The notes beneath the pieces are model-generated. The model was not told the DNA's origin, did no database searches, and saw nothing but the letters and a program-made list of their open reading frames with translations. From Microbotryum violaceum (lineage: Eukaryota), in the NCBI GenBank assembly GCA_001244265.2, contig CDLV01000006.1, forward strand, positions 2,232,001-2,296,000: 64,000 nt of DNA, in the 5' to 3' direction. Shown piece after piece: positions 25,379 to 39,125 of the stretch. Within the stretch, counting starts at the first letter, position 1. Each line of letters starts with the position of its first letter. The translations under genes were made by a program, and so were the position numbers.

Positions 25379-26735
25379 TCACTCCTTCCTGGTCAAGACC
25401 ACGGTATTGAACTTGCCCGCCTCGGTGCACTTGACCGTGACCAAACCGGTCGCATCATCGACCGAGACTTCGGCTCCACCATCCCCTTCGATCGCCGCCT
25501 CGACACCGTCCTTGTAGAACTTTTTCACGTCCGTCTTGATGTCAAAGATGCCGTCGGCGGAGGTGGTGAACGCGCAACGGTACTCGAGCGGACCGACACC
25601 TCCCCATGAATCGGGACCGGACATGTGTTCTGTCTGGAACACGACCGAAGGCTCTTTGCCGTCATGGGGGATGACGTAAGGGGCGTGGCCGAGTTCGTAG
25701 TAAATGTCCCTCGCGCGACCGGTGCAGAGGGGGATCTCGACTGCGACTTTTTGAACCATCGCCAGGGGGATCGATCCATTCAACGAGATCTTGACAATGT
25801 AAGTCACCTTGAGGTCGCTGCCTTGAGGCAACAATTGCCATCCCGACACGGTCACCGTCGCTCGGGTCTTGCCCGACTGCTCGGGACCGTGTTCGTCATC
25901 GGTGACGGAAGCTTGCACGACGACAACCTCCTGGTTCAGTTCCAACGACTTGTAGTTCTTTTGGATACCAATGATATCACGAGGCCAGACAATCCAGCCC
26001 ATGCCGAGCATGGTCGTGTAGAACTCGTACGTGAAGCGGTTAAATCGACGGACCATGATGCCCGAATCGAATCGAAGGTCCCATCGCTTGCGCAATCCAG
26101 GCAGTTGAAGGATGGAAAGGAACTGTAGGGACCGATAAAGTAGGAATTTGTTGGTCAATATCGGTCCGGAGGCGCATACGAACCTCCTGTCGCCTATGGC
26201 CAGCCGAAGCCCTCCACGTGGTGGTGGTGGGGGGGGGGGCAACTTGCGAAGCGCAAAATCACAAATGCGGGCTTACATCATCACTGGTGCAGTCCTTGAC
26301 GACACATTCACCTCGGACGGTGGGGACGGCGTAGGCATCCTGTTGAAGAGCCGCAGCCGATCCGATTTAGGAGCGAGTAGGCGGGCATTTGAAGCCGGCG
26401 ATGTGGTGAGGTGGGGCACATGTTGCCGGCGGGCGACGAGCCACAACCGATGGGGCAACGAGAAAGGGAACGAGCAAGGGATTGACGATGATGAAGATGG
26501 TCAGCATAAGATGCTACAGTACAGGGCAGTATGGTCGCATTCTCCCACGCCTCACATCGGGATCCGCCTTCCTGTGCAGCTGCACCTCGTTCGTCTCGCC
26601 AAAGTCCTCCCACCCTTCGGTCGAGGCTAGCTCTTCGAGGAAGAGCTTGTGCGCCGCTTCGAGTTTGGCTTCAAAGGGTGAGTCGGTAGGGTAGTCGCTG
26701 ACGGCCGGCTGCACTGTCTCTTCGATGGTGGACAT
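25379..26735 (-). CDS. START/Bet v1-like lipid-binding domain protein
   Basis: RKRWDLRF, WPRDI, RATVTVSGWQL..VTYIVKISLNGSIP motifs; multi-exon. Confidence 0.75.
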
Positions 26736-26994
26736 GGCTGGAGTGGTGCCGGACGTGGGGCTAAACGACTATGGGCGATGGAAGGGGGAAATCAGAGAGA
26801 CCGAGTGCGAGCAACCGCCGGCGAGGCCGCCCAAGCGATCGGTGACCGGCAACGGCGAAGCTGGCCGACTGCGTAATTGCGCCTCTCCGGTACGAGGGGT
26901 CACGTGACTTGGAAGACGATCCGATCCGATCCGATCCGAAAGGGGCCGCGCCCGTCCGAGTCACCAGTGCCCACGAGCCAGATCCGATCTCGAG

Positions 26995-27135
26995 CTCGCA
27001 GCGGTGCGAGTGCCAGTACTTCTTGTCCTCGCCAGGGAGCGATGGGAAGATGCGCTCCGAGACGATGTACTCTATTGCTATCAGACGAGGACGGGCAAAC
27101 GGGTTATCATATGGCCATGTGTCGAATGTAGGCAC
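26995..27135 (-). pseudogene. DUF1264/OBAP-like gene fragment
   Basis: YD..RLIAIEYIVSERIFPSLPGEDKKYWHSHRCE matches the recalled DUF1264 core; the rest of the protein is not found. Confidence 0.55.
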
Positions 27136-27679
27136 CCGTCGTGCTCATCTTCCCCTTGTTCAGGTCGTTGCCAGGAATGATTCTGCGCTCCGTGTCCGAA
27201 GCGTGAGCGAGTCCTTTGTGATCGCAAACGCCTGACTGGTGATGGTGTGATGGAGGAGTCGACGAAGACGTGTTGGTGATGATTTTGATATTAGACTGAT
27301 GGCAAGTGGCTGACACCCTGGGTGCGACAGCTCGAGCTGGTCGGAAGGAAGCAAAGAGCGTTCGTTGGTGCCGCTCGAGCTGCTTCCTTCCCTCCTGCCC
27401 GAACGATCGGGAAGAATCTGAGGCCCCTGTGTCGTCACCGGTTCTGTCATGTCTGCGAGGCGCGAGCTGACTACCCACGAGTGCGTGCCATGAACTTTGA
27501 AATGCAAAACAATACAATACAGCCAAGCTAATCTAGAGCAACTTCGATCAAATAAGAGGCCGAACAGACCTGCGGCACTGAATATAACTGATTGCTACGG
27601 AGAGATGTCGAGATGATGCAAAAGGTACAAAAAAGAACACAAAAACCTTGCTTGTTGCCCAGAATATGGGACATAGCAT

Positions 27680-30600
27680 TTAGTATGAGCAGCTGACCCA
27701 TTCTCGACTACGAGCTGCAAGCCATACGGCGTGGTCCGCACTGAAAAAAAGACGTTCAGTCGCGGACTGGTTCGTAAAGGCGCGCTGATCTCGAAGCACG
27801 ACGGTGCTTTGTGCGGCGACGTAGCGCACGTGCTGAGTAAAGGCGTCATTTCCTTCTGCACATCCATCGAGCACACGCGAGACGTCTTCAGCGCATGCGG
27901 CAAGCGTCGTCTCGGCAAAGCAGGTCGCGGCAATCCACGATCGGCGTTGTTTTGCCGAGAGACCTGTCGGCAGGGCAGCGGCACAGAAACCCGGAGATCC
28001 TGGTGCGAGGGGCGCACTTGAGTTGACGAGCGTTCCGGAAATAGTCGAGATGATGCGTTTGGTCTCTTCGAGTAGCCGGCGGGCTTGGACTTCGTTTTTA
28101 CGTGTGACCAGCAACAGAGCGCGAGAAAGCATGTCGCTCGTCAACAGCTCCATTCGGCGTCTAATGATCTCGGGGTCTGAGCTCTTGGATGTCAGGCGGG
28201 CCGAAGGGGTGCCATCCGAGTTGACGATCGCGACTGTAAGAACTGTTGGAGAGTGAAGTCTGGAGAGGCTTATACCAGCTGCGGGATCACGATAGGCGGC
28301 GTTCACCTGTCGAGACCGTCGGGGGAAGCTACGTGAGTCCCTTTATAGTCCCGAAGCAAGAACCAAAAATGCCGAATCACACTCACCTCGAACAGCGCAA
28401 TCTCGTCGGGCATGCTTTCATAGTCTCCTTCGGAACTGTTGTTTGACTCGTAAGTCTCTAGAACCGACGGGTTCATCCCCACATTTTGCAAGAAGAAAGC
28501 GTCGGTCGCGTTGTTCGCCTCCGTTCGTGGAGGCGGTTTGCCCGTGGCCGCTGGCTCTCTTCCGGACTCGAAGCCGGAAAACGACATCTCAATTTCGATG
28601 AGCAGCTCTTTGCGTTCAGAGAAGCGTAGTTCACCAATGTCGACATCGACGTCGGTTCCGGCAGAGGAAACGATCGCGTTCGGCGCCCCCGACGCTTTCC
28701 GAATGCGCAGCCATCGCGTCTCGGGCACGGAGATGTGAAGCCGGACGTTCGTCGCTGCGATACTGAGAATGCCTCCGACACAACCCGCCATTGTTTCTCG
28801 TAGTTCGTAGAAGTCTTTGACGAACGTGTAGCTACCCCCTGTATGATTCGACAAAAGCCAGAGGGACGAAGGATCGTGGGAACGGCCCCAGCCAATGGTG
28901 TGGATCGGAACAGCCGTCGCTTCGGCTCGGGCCATGACGAGATCCATGTGCTGCTTCTGAGCTCCGTCCTTGCCGTCATTCATCAATATCATCCCCGTCA
29001 ATGCGCTCTTGACTTTGCGCTGCAGCGTGATGTCGATCGCAACGTTGCACGCAGTGACGACGTTCACTCGATCTTCCTGGTGCTCGACCAACGCTTCGCA
29101 CTCGCCTCGACCTTTGCCGAGTTCCGCGACGACAGCATCCAGTCGCTTGCGTCCCTCCTGCTTGCCAACAGCGAGGAAGGGTGTTTTGCGCAGCAGGCCT
29201 CGAGCACCATCTCCTGCAGAAAATGTCACAACGGCAATGCGAGTTCGTGGGCCGACATTCTGGATGATGAAATCAAGCGTATTGCGCAGGATCCCGATCT
29301 TTAGATGATTCGGACCAGATAGGGGGACTGAGAGAATGAGCATAAGGTCCAGTGAAGTAAATTCTCGAGGGCCGGCGAGCGAGAGTGCTGCGACCGAGAT
29401 ATTAGAGGGGTAGTCGCTTGACTGCGCACGAATCCTCGGTCTGGGACTAGTCGATCCTTCCTCGGGAATCATGCACGATCCAACGGTCGAAGGTGCCGTT
29501 CCACCAGTGCGAGTGAAGCCCGATGAGGAGGAAGAACGATAACCTCCTGTTCCCCACGACTCTGCTGAACCTCCCGTACTCGAGTTGGACTCGTTGGAAG
29601 ACGAGTTTACCATCGCGCGTGAGCGAGCTCCTGAGCTTGGTGCCGGTGGTGGTACGCTTTGCAAATGATAGTTGGGACTGATTGGTAGCTTGTGGCGATT
29701 GATCAGTGAGGTCAGGTATTTTTGCCATCTTTCCAGCGTCATGCGGTCGCGGAACGTTAGCACGACTGCGCAGTGATTGCAAGGTCTCGTCAGCTCACGG
29801 ACTTCACCCGTCAGACCGCATAATTTTGATCAGACTCACATTCGTCAAGAGCATCGTCACTCATGATCACTGTCAGCGAGTAAGCGGTCATACTTGAGGT
29901 GTCGATCACCGAATCGATGTGTCGGACGTAGACGCGACCTTTGAGACGAAGTCTGTCGCCTTGACCCGACAAGCCATCAACGATCTTGTGCGCCAGGCCC
30001 CGCCTGTGCTCTTCGTTCACAAAGAGAATAGCCTCGGAGAAGAGCTGTAGAGCATAGGTCGTCAGGTTGGGTCAGGTCTAATCATCGGCCGGTGTACTGG
30101 CCAAGGCTGACGGTCGGTGCTCACATAGACGAGGAAATCTCGGGTATTAGCGTCTTTGCGCACACTGATCAAGTTGAACAACTTCAGCGCGCCAAACTCA
30201 TCGAGCGAGTGCCCCTTCCAATCCGTCATGCGCGTCTTCAAGTCTTGCACCTGCTCGTTCATCTCATGGTTATCGTGCTCCGTGTTGGTCGCCGTTGTCG
30301 AGGCGAAGGCGAAGGCTGAGTGGATCGAGGACGGCGGAGACGACAGCGCTCTTTCAGGCGGACCCATCCAAGACTGTCCCGAATTTGACCTTGAATGGGT
30401 TGCGTCTCCATGCGGCTGAGCGTACAACCCCGAACCGTTCCGCGTATGAAGTGGAGGACCCTCTTCAAATGGACGTGGGGGGAGGTACACCGATCTCGGG
30501 TCCGGCGTGGGCCAGCGCGAAGGCATCTCGATGGTCACCATGCAGGTCAGATGGTGCTTGTCAGAATCCTCCCGTCCTCCGCGCACAATGGCCGGATGCT

Positions 30601-31841
30601 CTGCGCGAACCGAGATGACAGGTTGTATGATGTCTTGGCCGAGATGAAAGCCGCGCGGGCTGCGGCCACTGATTGAGGAAGCTGGTTTCGCGGTCGTCGA
30701 GCTATCTCGCCGGCCGAGCAACGTACCACTACTGCTCGTGGTACCCTGGCTTGTACGAGCGGAGTGTGATGGTGTTTCGAGTTCCCCTCCGAGAGGGATC
30801 TGGACCAGATCGTCGTCTTCTTGACCGTGTTCGGAGCGACGGGAACCAAGAGCGGAAGATAGCATGCTCTCGGTGTCGCCACCGAGCGGTCCAGTTCCAG
30901 TAAGTGCCGCAAACTCTGCGATAAATAGTCTATCTCGTCGGCATGTAGACTTCACGTCAAGGGAGTCAACTGGCAGACCACTCACTGTTCTTGCGCACCG
31001 GCCCGCAGTCACCCGATTCGTCCAATCTCATGTCAGACCGACATATGCCACACAGTCCCAGTGATGCTTTCCTCAGTCTTGCTTGTGTCACATCGCCGTA
31101 CACCTGTCTGTGTCAAAGTGCAGATATTCGTCGGGTGAAGCGTTAGAATCATGATTAGGCGGGACTCTCTCCTATCTTCCACAAAGGGGGCTCGAGACAC
31201 TCACCTAAAGCACTCGTGATCTGCATTTTAAGGAAGACGAAGGTGTCAGCTCTCAACTTCTGCATGCGAATTCCGCAATCCGGGCCCGAAGTTGTATATT
31301 TGCCGACTGCCCTTTCGGGACTCTTCAGCCCTCGCTGATCGGCGGTCCCCCAACAACCGAGCCATCAAACAACCGAGGTGGAGCACTCACGTAGCTGATG
31401 GCCACAGACTGGGGTCACATGCGCCTTTTCACCCTGCAAGCGATGGCTGAGGGGCTCCACACAGATGGGGCACTCCGGTCCCTCGTCGCCGTCGTCCGTG
31501 ATCAGTAGTGCCGACGAAGGCACCGCGGCGCCAGAGTTGAGGTCCTGAAAGGGATGAGCTTGACTAGAAGGATGCGCGGAAGAGCCGTTGGCATATTTGT
31601 GTATCGAGTTGACATGGTGGCTCATGGAAGAGTGTCCGTCACTCGTGCTGGGACGGCTGCGGCTCCCAAACGTGGCAGCGATGAATCGTTGCGCGGTCGC
31701 GGCCGTGGAGCTGCCGGAGCTTGAGCGAGGACGGCGCGGGAGGGCCGGCGAGAGGTACGGGCCAGACATTCTGCAGATCGACCGGCGGGCTGAGGGGCGG
31801 GCGCTGCTTGATTGACCCACGGGCGATTGAGGCGGCGCCAC
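27680..31841 (-). CDS. FAR1: Far1/Ste5-like RING-PH-vWA scaffold protein (multi-exon; true start uncertain)
   Basis: RING ECPICVEPL..VCGHQL; PH region (DWKGHSLDEFGAL, LRLKGRVYVRHI); vWA (LDLMLILS, ILMNDG, IHTIGWGRSHDPSSL, FVKDFYELRETMAGCVGG). Confidence 0.75.
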
Positions 31842-32968
31842 TGGTCAATGTCTGCACGAGCAAGTCGATCGGGGGGAAACGCAAGCACTGTGTGACCTAG
31901 TGTAGCTGAGACAGCTAATGGGAGGAGGGAGAGAGGCGATCTGTGCGTCAAGTTGCTGAATCAATCGGCCCGGCGCACGGATTGTCTGGGCAGAGGAGGC
32001 CCCGGCTCGCAGTAGTATCCGATTGCGCTCAGGGCCCCTGACCAAGAGAGACATTTCAGGTAGGCAGGACAACCTTGCTCTCATTAACACCATGCGTGTC
32101 ACAGGTGGTACAATATTTATACCGTGGTGGTTAGCGAGCAGACACGGTGAGCCTGAAAGCGCCGGCGCGGTCTGTGCTCATAAGAGCGACATCGCTCGCT
32201 CTCTCAGCTACGACAGGAGAGGGGGCAAGAACTCCCGACCTGGGCCGCGCGGTTCAAGCTCGGTTCGAGATGTTCACACTAAGATTTCTCCTACAGCAAA
32301 TAATTGGACCGACCCCTGATTCCCAGAGTGCCACCCACAGAGCTGGGACCTGATGGTAATCGCGTCAAGAGCATGTCACACCGCCAAGTAAGAGCTCGCT
32401 GTGTCTGTAAGGAGAGGCCTTGTTACCGATCTTTTGTACTTCGGGCGAGACATGCGGTGCTGCCCCTAACAGAGCCAGCCGGTGAAAGCGCGGCGGCGAT
32501 GGCGGAAGACAAAGGGAAGAGAAGACGGCGGCGACACGCAGCTGTGCCGTCGGGAGTGGGAATGTCTTGCCGAACTAGAGACATAGCGACACCGCTTTCT
32601 TCTTCAGATTTTTCACCTATTCTCGGAAAGGGCTCTAGAACATGATCATAGCGAGCGGTCCAAGAAATAAATATATTAACTGAACCAGCCAATACTACTC
32701 CAATGTGTCTGCTCTTTCTGATTGCTGCGAGCATTAATTAGTAGCACCGTCATTTGGATGTCTGGTCACGTGACAACGCTCCCTTGACAAAGCTCCTGGA
32801 CGATTTTGATCTCATCTCATTGATTCGAAAAAGGTTCTGGCTACCGACATACAGACAGCAAAGCTTGGCGTTCTAAGAAGGTCAAACCTGGTCAAACCGA
32901 TCTTTGCCCGTTGAGAGATATATCCGGGCCCGACACCGGTGGCCCGCATGCTCCCGCGTGCGACAACA

Positions 32969-33018
32969 TGCGTCAGGATGAGTGAGGCTGCGTCAGGCTG
33001 CGTCAGGCTGCGTCAGGC
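32969..33018. repeat. TGCGTCAGG repeat, 4 copies (10-bp period for the last three)
   Basis: Copies start at 32969, 32989, 32999 and 33009. Confidence 0.85.
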
Positions 33019-33641
33019 CGGCAGTCCCAAACAAAACCTGGCCCCGTCGGCGCGACCGTCCTTTTGCTCTCCCCAAGTTTTTTTCCACCTCGTCCCGTCA
33101 CGCCTCAACAGAGTCTTCGATCCAAGTCTCGACTTGGCACGACGAAGCTCAGGGTTAGTGCTGGCTATATGCTGGGCGAGGGAGAACGACCTCCTTTTGG
33201 GGCAAGGCCAGCTCTTCAAAGACGCTGATGGACGAGACGCCCGATGTCGGCCGTTCACTATTTGTGTTGGGCATGTCTTTGAACGCCCGGGTGCTGGCTA
33301 TATTCTTTACTATTGTACTATAGGATGCGTGTGTATGCATTGTAGTCCGGTGTCGCATATGCGGGCTTTCTCTAGTAGGACCTGAGGTGGCAGGACCTGG
33401 GGTTCAGCTTTCCGCTTCGTCGAAACTCACTAGCAATAGAATCCGTGGTCCAAAAACATTTGAACAGCTTTCAAAAAACATCAGACCAGCTTTCAGGTGG
33501 AAGCGGTTCACTCGAAGCCCGGGACGATACGACAAATTCGAGTGATCTCTCTCTCTACTAGCAAGTGAGTTTGTACAGTAAGTCACTTGCTTTCCGTCTT
33601 GCGATCTATCTCACCTTTTCTGTGTCACACGTCGCATCCTC

Positions 33642-36600
33642 ATGGTCGACACCTTCAGGCGGAACGTCCATCGCCTACTACTAGTCGCCGCGGTGCGTTC
33701 ACTGGCGATCTTCGCCAGTTCGGCAGCGAGTCGCACCTCGGGACCTTTCCATCTTCGGCCTCGAGCGAACGCCGTCGTCCCTAACGCCTTCATCCTCTTG
33801 AGTGAATGTGCCCACCTGGGTACCAAGGCACAAGTGGAGCAAGTGAGTCCAGCCTTTTCACCCTTGCTTCACGATCGAGGCTGCCCGGCCCGAGCTCTTC
33901 CCGTGACGTCGGGCCCAGAGTGACCCCGCCCGGCGCTGGGGAGGAGTGGACACCGTACGAGCCGCGTAGAAAGGTGGACAGCACCTTTATTGACATGCAT
34001 GCATCTTCCGCTTCCTTGCCGAACCAGCATGTGACCACTTTACTGGCAGCTGTAACGGAGACCGTCCCGGATGTCGTGAAAGCACCGGTATTATTTGGAT
34101 GCCTTCTGCGGTCTCAGCATCCGCGTCGGGGACAAGTTTTCTCAGGACGATCTAGCCAAGATTCCGGGAGTCAAAGTGGGCTTGACTCAAGACAACACCA
34201 TGCAAATCCTTTATGTACACCACCAAATTCTCCTTATGTGCTTCTCTTTCTTTGGCAACCAGAGCGTTACGCCCGTCCTTCGCCTTGCTCGCAGTGGCGC
34301 TCGGACCACTACCAGCCCAACTTCAGGCCAATCAGGCATTGAGATCGACCCATTCCCTTCGGTCCAAGCTTCTGCCTGCGAATCTAACAAACGGCTTCTC
34401 GTTGCAGAGGGTGAGGTTTCCAACGTATGGTCTACCGCAGAGCTACCTCGGGTCCTAAAGTCAGACGATAGGCGACGACACATCCTGCCCGCACACCATG
34501 ACCGGCCTCCACAAGTTGCGGGCCAAGGGACTGTTCGGCTTCTCCAACGTCACTGTCTGCGTAATCGATTCGGGAGTCGACTATCGGAACGAGGTACTGG
34601 GAGGATCTTTCGGTCCCGGGTCCAAGATCAGAGTCGGCTATGTATATTGTCGGCCAGGGTTCCAAGCTCCCCGGGCCAGACCCCTACAGCGACTGCGAGT
34701 ATGTCCAGATCGCCGCGCGGGTTTAATATCTAATGCATACCAATTTCCGGGCGCGTTGTGACAGGGGCTCCAGGCATGGAAATCCCGGTCCGTCCCCCTA
34801 GCTAATCAGGAATGAGATGCGCGCTCATTCCGTCATTCTAGTGACTCGCAGTCACGGGCATCGTTGCAGCACTTCCATACACGTTAGTCGAGCCCAGTAA
34901 CCATCTCAAGAGTATGATCAAAGTCAACGGCGCTGAACGGGTGCTTCCGACAGGTTTGGGTTCAGTGGAGTCGCTCCAGGCGTGTCGCTGGGTGCGTACC
35001 GAGTTTTGAAATTTTGAAGTGCCATGAGGACGACGCCCTGACCGACGACATAAAGGCGGCAATATTGCGCGCAATGGATGACAAGTGTGACGTCATCACA
35101 ATGAGTGTGGCTTCAAACGATGGGACAGGGTCCCCCAACGATGTGTCCGGCAAGCTCCTGCTCGCCGAGCTTGAGAAAAAGGGTGTCGTCGTGGTGGCCG
35201 CGAGTGGCAACTCCGCGGAGGCAGGAAGGGGAATAGCTGACTCCCAGTATGCCTCTGCTGCCACGACCACCATCTCGGTAGGAAGTGTTGCGGTGAGCAA
35301 ACTACCACTGGCCTACGAACTCACCTTTGAAACGGGCGGTCATTCCCCGCTGCCCTACTTTTGGGGTGCCCATCGCGTCGAGATTGCCGACTCGCTCAAA
35401 GTGATGCTTCTCGATGCACCCGAATCACCCAGCGCTGAGGCCTCGACCTCCTGCGGACCATCTGCAAAAGCATCACAGGACCTGAGTATGATATTAGTAG
35501 TCATCAGGGCCAACCAGATGTCTACCCGCACACTGGTAGCGTTCGCTCACGAGCACGGCGCGCGTGTGCTCGCTCTGACGGCGCCAAGCCTCGCCGACCC
35601 CCTGTCTACATACTTCTCGTTGCAAATCTACGATTGGGGGGACCCGCCGGGCAGCACGGATCTAGCAGGCTTGGATATTAATGTGGTGGGAATGAACTTT
35701 GACTCCCACCAGAAGGTATGTGAACTGAGCACATTACAGTGGCGATTGCTAGGGAAGAATGCTTTGACTGAGGTTTCTGTCATCTTTGCACTTGAACCTT
35801 TGCTGCAGATTGTTGGGTACGCCAAAGCGCACCCGACGGGACTCGTGGTCAACTTCCGATCGCAACGAAATCCACTTGATCTCGACAACGACATTGACGG
35901 CTCTCGCGTCGTACAGACTTCGGACGATGGGCCTAGATACGATCTTGCAAAACCAGCAGCACTGGTGTTGGCACCTGGGCAGCCCATTTTATCCACGGCC
36001 CCAAGGCGATGGGGTGGAGCGAGAGCGATGGGCGGTACTTCGATGGCGACACCGTTCATAGCTGGTGCTTCGGCTCTTCTCCTGTCGCATCGCAGTGGAC
36101 TCATACCTCTCAAGATCCGCTCGCTTTTTACGACAACGGCCGTTCCCGTCCCCCGCACCGCTGCCCATTGACCAATCCCAGCTTGCCTCGGTGCTACAAC
36201 AGGGAGGAGGTACAAAATATGGTCTACATCAGGTTGTAGAGCTTCCGAACTACCTCTTAACGTTGATCTAGCTTCGTGACCTTCACATTCTCAGGTCTCA
36301 TCGCGATCGATCGAGCGTACGCTGGCCGGACCTACTTTGACCCCTATCTTCTCGGCATCGGGGACTCCTCCTCATCCAACACCGAGCAAGAAGTGATTGT
36401 GACAAACGAGAACGACCGCTCAGTCCAAAATCACTTCGAGACCGAGCTCGAGACCGCAATGACGCTGGTGTTCTACGACCATGTACGAGCACTCACTGTT
36501 GGAGGGTGAGGCAATCTACTAAAGCAAGCTGACGAGAGATATTCCTGGCACTGTTTCCAAACTGATAGGACGCAAAAGTAGACGACTTCCCGACCACTTC

Positions 36601-37190
36601 GATCAACGCCCTTCCTTGGACGTCACCCCCTCGGGTCGTGATCGAGCCGAGCCGGATCAGTGTCGCATCGGGGCAGTCTGTGAAGGTGCGGATCACGATC
36701 GACTCGCCCAAATTCTCCCTGACTGTGGCGAAGCGTTTCCCGTTTTACTCTGGATATATACACTTCAAGACCGTTGGAGATGAGCTTGGGGTGTACCGTC
36801 TACCGTTTTTCGGATTGGCTGCCGACTATAAGGAGGCGCGCCTGCTCGACACAACGACGAGGTTTGCGGCTGGGGACTGGGGCGTCCCTGGCCTTCGATA
36901 CCCTTTCGTTGGGATCTATATCACCAAGAAAGATTGGGATGATGAATCATCTCCGGGTATAATACTACGAGAACCGAACGAGGTGGCGACGAGCTACCAC
37001 GCTTTCGGGCTGGTGATTTTTTTCTCGAATAGCCGTAAGTGTGGCTTGTCGCGCGAGCTTCCCACTTCACTCACCGTCTGTTGCCTCCAGTGTATTCGAT
37101 GCACGATACCATCGATCTTGTTTTCGAGAATTTCAGCTTCGTTCTCACGGTCCCGACTGGCAACAATGCGGCGAACCCGGTTCTGCATCT
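33642..37190 (+). pseudogene. Secreted S8 subtilisin-like protease (pyrolysin-type, PA and Fn3-like domains), disrupted
   Basis: Signal-like N-terminus, VVPNAFI, catalytic VIDSGVDY, HGNPVTGIVAA (across micro-exons), AASGN, GTSMATP, QQGGG|LI. Apparent +1 frameshift near 36166 and 3' truncation by a LINE. Confidence 0.8.
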
Positions 37191-39125
37191 GCAGTCCTCT
37201 GCGCCGTTGGCCTCGGCCCCGAAGCCCGCCAATGGTACCGAGCGACCTACACCAACCAATCTGCCTCGATCTTCCTCAACGGTTGGCTCTCTGCCACTTT
37301 CGACATCCTGTCGGGCGTTCGGCAAGGTGATCCTTTGGCTCCGTCTCTCTTCGTCCTGGCGATCGAAGGTTTTGCCTGTCAGATTCGATTGAGAGTCAAG
37401 GGCATCGATATTGCGGGCCTCCAAAACGTTCGCGAACTCCTTTTTGCCGACGACGGTTGCTGCGCACTCCACAACCTCTCGGACCTCGACCACCTCAATC
37501 GGGCGATCGAGCTTTACGAACGGGCAAGTGCCAGCAAGCTCAGCAACGTCAAATCTTTCCTCTACCCCCTTGGAGCTTTTCGGGATCGGTCGATCGCCCC
37601 AGATCTCGGGACCTGGCGTCTCAGCGATTCGCAGTTTCGCTACCTTGGTATTCAGGTCGGGGTGGAGATCGCCGAGGATGCGGGCTGGGAAGATGTCAAG
37701 GCCTCGACCATCGCTCGGATACGCTCGATTCCGATGTACGATCTCCCATATGCAGGCAAGTGTTCGATCCTCAACATCTAATGCTACACAAAGATCTTGT
37801 ACTACAGCCGATTCCTTCCCGCCCCCAAGAGCGTTGTCAAGGAGATCGAGGAGGCTGCCATGCTCGCCATTCACGGTCGAGCTTCGGATGGTACTCAGCG
37901 ACGTCCGAAGGTCTCCCGGTCGCGCCTCTGCACCCCTCTTGATCACGGCGGCTTCGGTTTGATTGATCTGCCTCGGCGTCTAGCAATCGATCACGCGAAG
38001 TGGGTCTTCCAGCTCCGGGCCCCGGACGGCTGCTTCACACGCCACCTCTTCGACATCCGCATCCGCCTCCAGGCACCAAACGAACCAACCCCTTTCACCT
38101 TGTCCAGACCGGCCCCCAACCAGCATTGTTGCCCTTGGATTTGGATCTGGTGGGCTTACTTTTGCCATCCTCCCCCAAAGTGGGACCATGTGGTGAGAAA
38201 AACGACAAAACTTCTTCCTGCTCGTTGGGTCCGATACTTCGAAGCCTGGGCGTTGGTGACCACGCTCAATCCCCCGGAACTCTCCAAGAGCCAGAACCTC
38301 GAGCAATGGGCGACGCACGTACTCTATTTCCCAGCGGGCCACGGAATCCAACTCTCGGTAATCCCGACGCTTTTTCGAGGGCCCGATGGCGAGGTGATGA
38401 CCCCGTCTTCGTTTGTGAACGCGTCCAAACGCCACCAAGTCTTCATCTTCCCCCCTATCTTCCCCAAGGGACACCAAAAGGTATTCGATCTGCCTGAGCA
38501 ACGCTGGAACGCTTGGTGGAAGGCTTTGCGCAAGGTTCGCCGGGTTCACTCGGACGCCGAGGATACCGGCCACCTTCTCTCCCTGGGGTCCCTCCATCCG
38601 GGAAGCCAAGTCGCCTCCCCAACCAGCCCACATCCCAACAATCGATCTACCTCCTGTGTGATGTGCCTCTCGGAAGCACCCGAGTGCCTGGTTCACCTCG
38701 CGGTCGGCTGCCCATTTGCCCGGCGCCTCTGGTCTGCTCTGTCCCCGACCTCCCACCCAGTCTTTGTGGACTTTGTATGCCCGGTCGTGTCTCGCTTGGA
38801 ACGTCGACTTGTCGAACTACGAGTCCTCTTCTTTCACTCGATCTGGAAGCTCTGTCGCCGTCGTCGATTCTCGTCGGATCTTTTGGAACCGATCACCGAA
38901 ACGGAGTTCGAGGGGCTTCGAGCCTCTATCCAGGAGTCCAAGGGTCGCCTAGTGTCTCTGTAAGACACCAAAGGGGGTTTTAGTGGGTATGGTTGATCCT
39001 GGTTCAGGGTCAATGAGTCCTACACTACTGGCTTCTGCCAGTGTGCGTAACAGCATTCCCTCCGACTTTTCCGAAGATTTCCAGGTATTAATATAATTAT
39101 GCTGTTAATGAAGTCTATCAAAAAA
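37190..39125 (+). mobile_element. 5'-truncated non-LTR retrotransposon, L1-like (RT plus zf-RVT), inactivated
   Basis: SGVRQGDPLAPSLF, LLFADD, FRYLGI, GGFGL, CCHC finger CVMC..HLAVGCP. Intronless, premature TAA at 37779-37781, ORF stop at 38963, short A-tract at about 39120. The 5' junction is approximate. Confidence 0.92.

Noticed and set aside
37071-38756. Long minus-strand ORFs (291 and 258 aa)
   Set aside because: Antisense shadows of the GC-rich LINE ORF with no recognisable motifs.
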